46,887 bases of DNA from an uncultured Bacteroidales bacterium (GTDB lineage Bacteria; Bacteroidota; Bacteroidia; Bacteroidales; ML635J-15), in assembly GCA_964407055.1 (NCBI GenBank), contig CAYOUD010000001.1, forward strand, positions 11,838 to 58,724, given 5' to 3'. Positions 46,652 to 46,887 of this stretch are shown one piece after another (positions within the stretch are counted from its first letter, which is position 1; each line of letters begins with the position of its first letter). The notes under the pieces are model-generated. The model did no database searches and had not been told where the DNA came from. It saw nothing but the letters and a program-made list of their open reading frames with translations. The position numbers and the translations under genes are program-made.

Positions 46652-46779
46652 AGTCTCTGATAAGAAAACGTCAAAGATAAGACTTTCGATGTTTCTGAAA
46701 CCAAGGAGTCCGCCAGCCGGCGGATCGACTGTTTTAGAAACGAGAATAACGCAATATTTGGCGTTTTCTTGCAGAGACT
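46652..46779. repeat. 128-nt nested imperfect palindrome with a GC-rich apical hairpin; a third arm copy lies at 46625-46640
   Basis: Outer arms are AGTCTCTGATAAGAAAACG and CGTTTTCTTGCAGAGACT. Middle arms are GTTTCTGAAAC and GTTTTAGAAAC. The inner hairpin is TCCGCC-AGCC-GGCGGA (46709-46724). Confidence 0.6.
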
Positions 46780-46861
46780 AAATACTAATTTTGGTAATTT
46801 GAAATTGGTGCATATGAATAATGCGGGTTAATAGTTTCACTCGCTATGTCGTAATAAAAAA

Positions 46862-46882
46862 AGGCTCCTGAAAACGGAGCCT
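46862..46882 (-). terminator. Intrinsic terminator for a minus-strand gene lying beyond the window end
   Basis: AGGCTCC-TGAAAAC-GGAGCCT. On the minus strand it is followed by TTTTTTT. Confidence 0.55.
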
Positions 46883-46887
46883 TTGTT

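Overview
AT-rich chromosomal segment of Bacteroidota type. The taxon call rests on T9SS C-terminal sorting domains, a PorV/PorU-like gene pair, TAnnTTTG -7 boxes and a four-helix-bundle IVS-type gene. Most of the window is housekeeping (mpg, nadB, ribE, asd, a CobB-type sirtuin, a 2-hydroxyacid dehydrogenase, usp). These genes are interleaved with large secreted or surface proteins: a C10 protease, a lamin-tail-domain protein, a GH92 mannosidase, a C25 PorU-like peptidase and a propeller-sensor adenylate cyclase. The stand-out is a 3,220-bp insertion (39562-42781) bracketed by a perfect 71-nt direct repeat. The repeat duplicates the abutting 3' ends of two convergent host genes, and no integrase or transposase lies inside. 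In order, the island carries: (1) an XRE/C-protein gene with a palindrome overlapping its promoter; (2) an M.HaeIII-like m5C methyltransferase that ends before motifs IX-X; (3) a translationally coupled pair of uncharacterised ORFs, an acidic 78-aa protein and a 168-aa protein with a BamHI/BglII-like PD-(D/E)XK signature; (4) an 87-nt, roughly 65% GC element; and (5) a near full-length restriction-endonuclease frame with no start codon. My reading is a decayed GGCC-type R-M unit whose M/R junction was replaced by a small nuclease plus acidic-partner module of unknown function. That module is the best candidate for something undescribed, but this rests on motif reading from memory only. Other notable items are a four-helix-bundle gene enclosed by 37-nt inverted repeats (IVS-like cassette), a T9SS cargo gene with an in-frame TAG just after its signal peptide, an in-frame membrane-protein/deaminase fusion, repeated intergenic motifs, and a 128-nt nested palindrome upstream of GH92. 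No rRNA, tRNA or CRISPR array was recognised. All family calls are unverified; no database search was possible.
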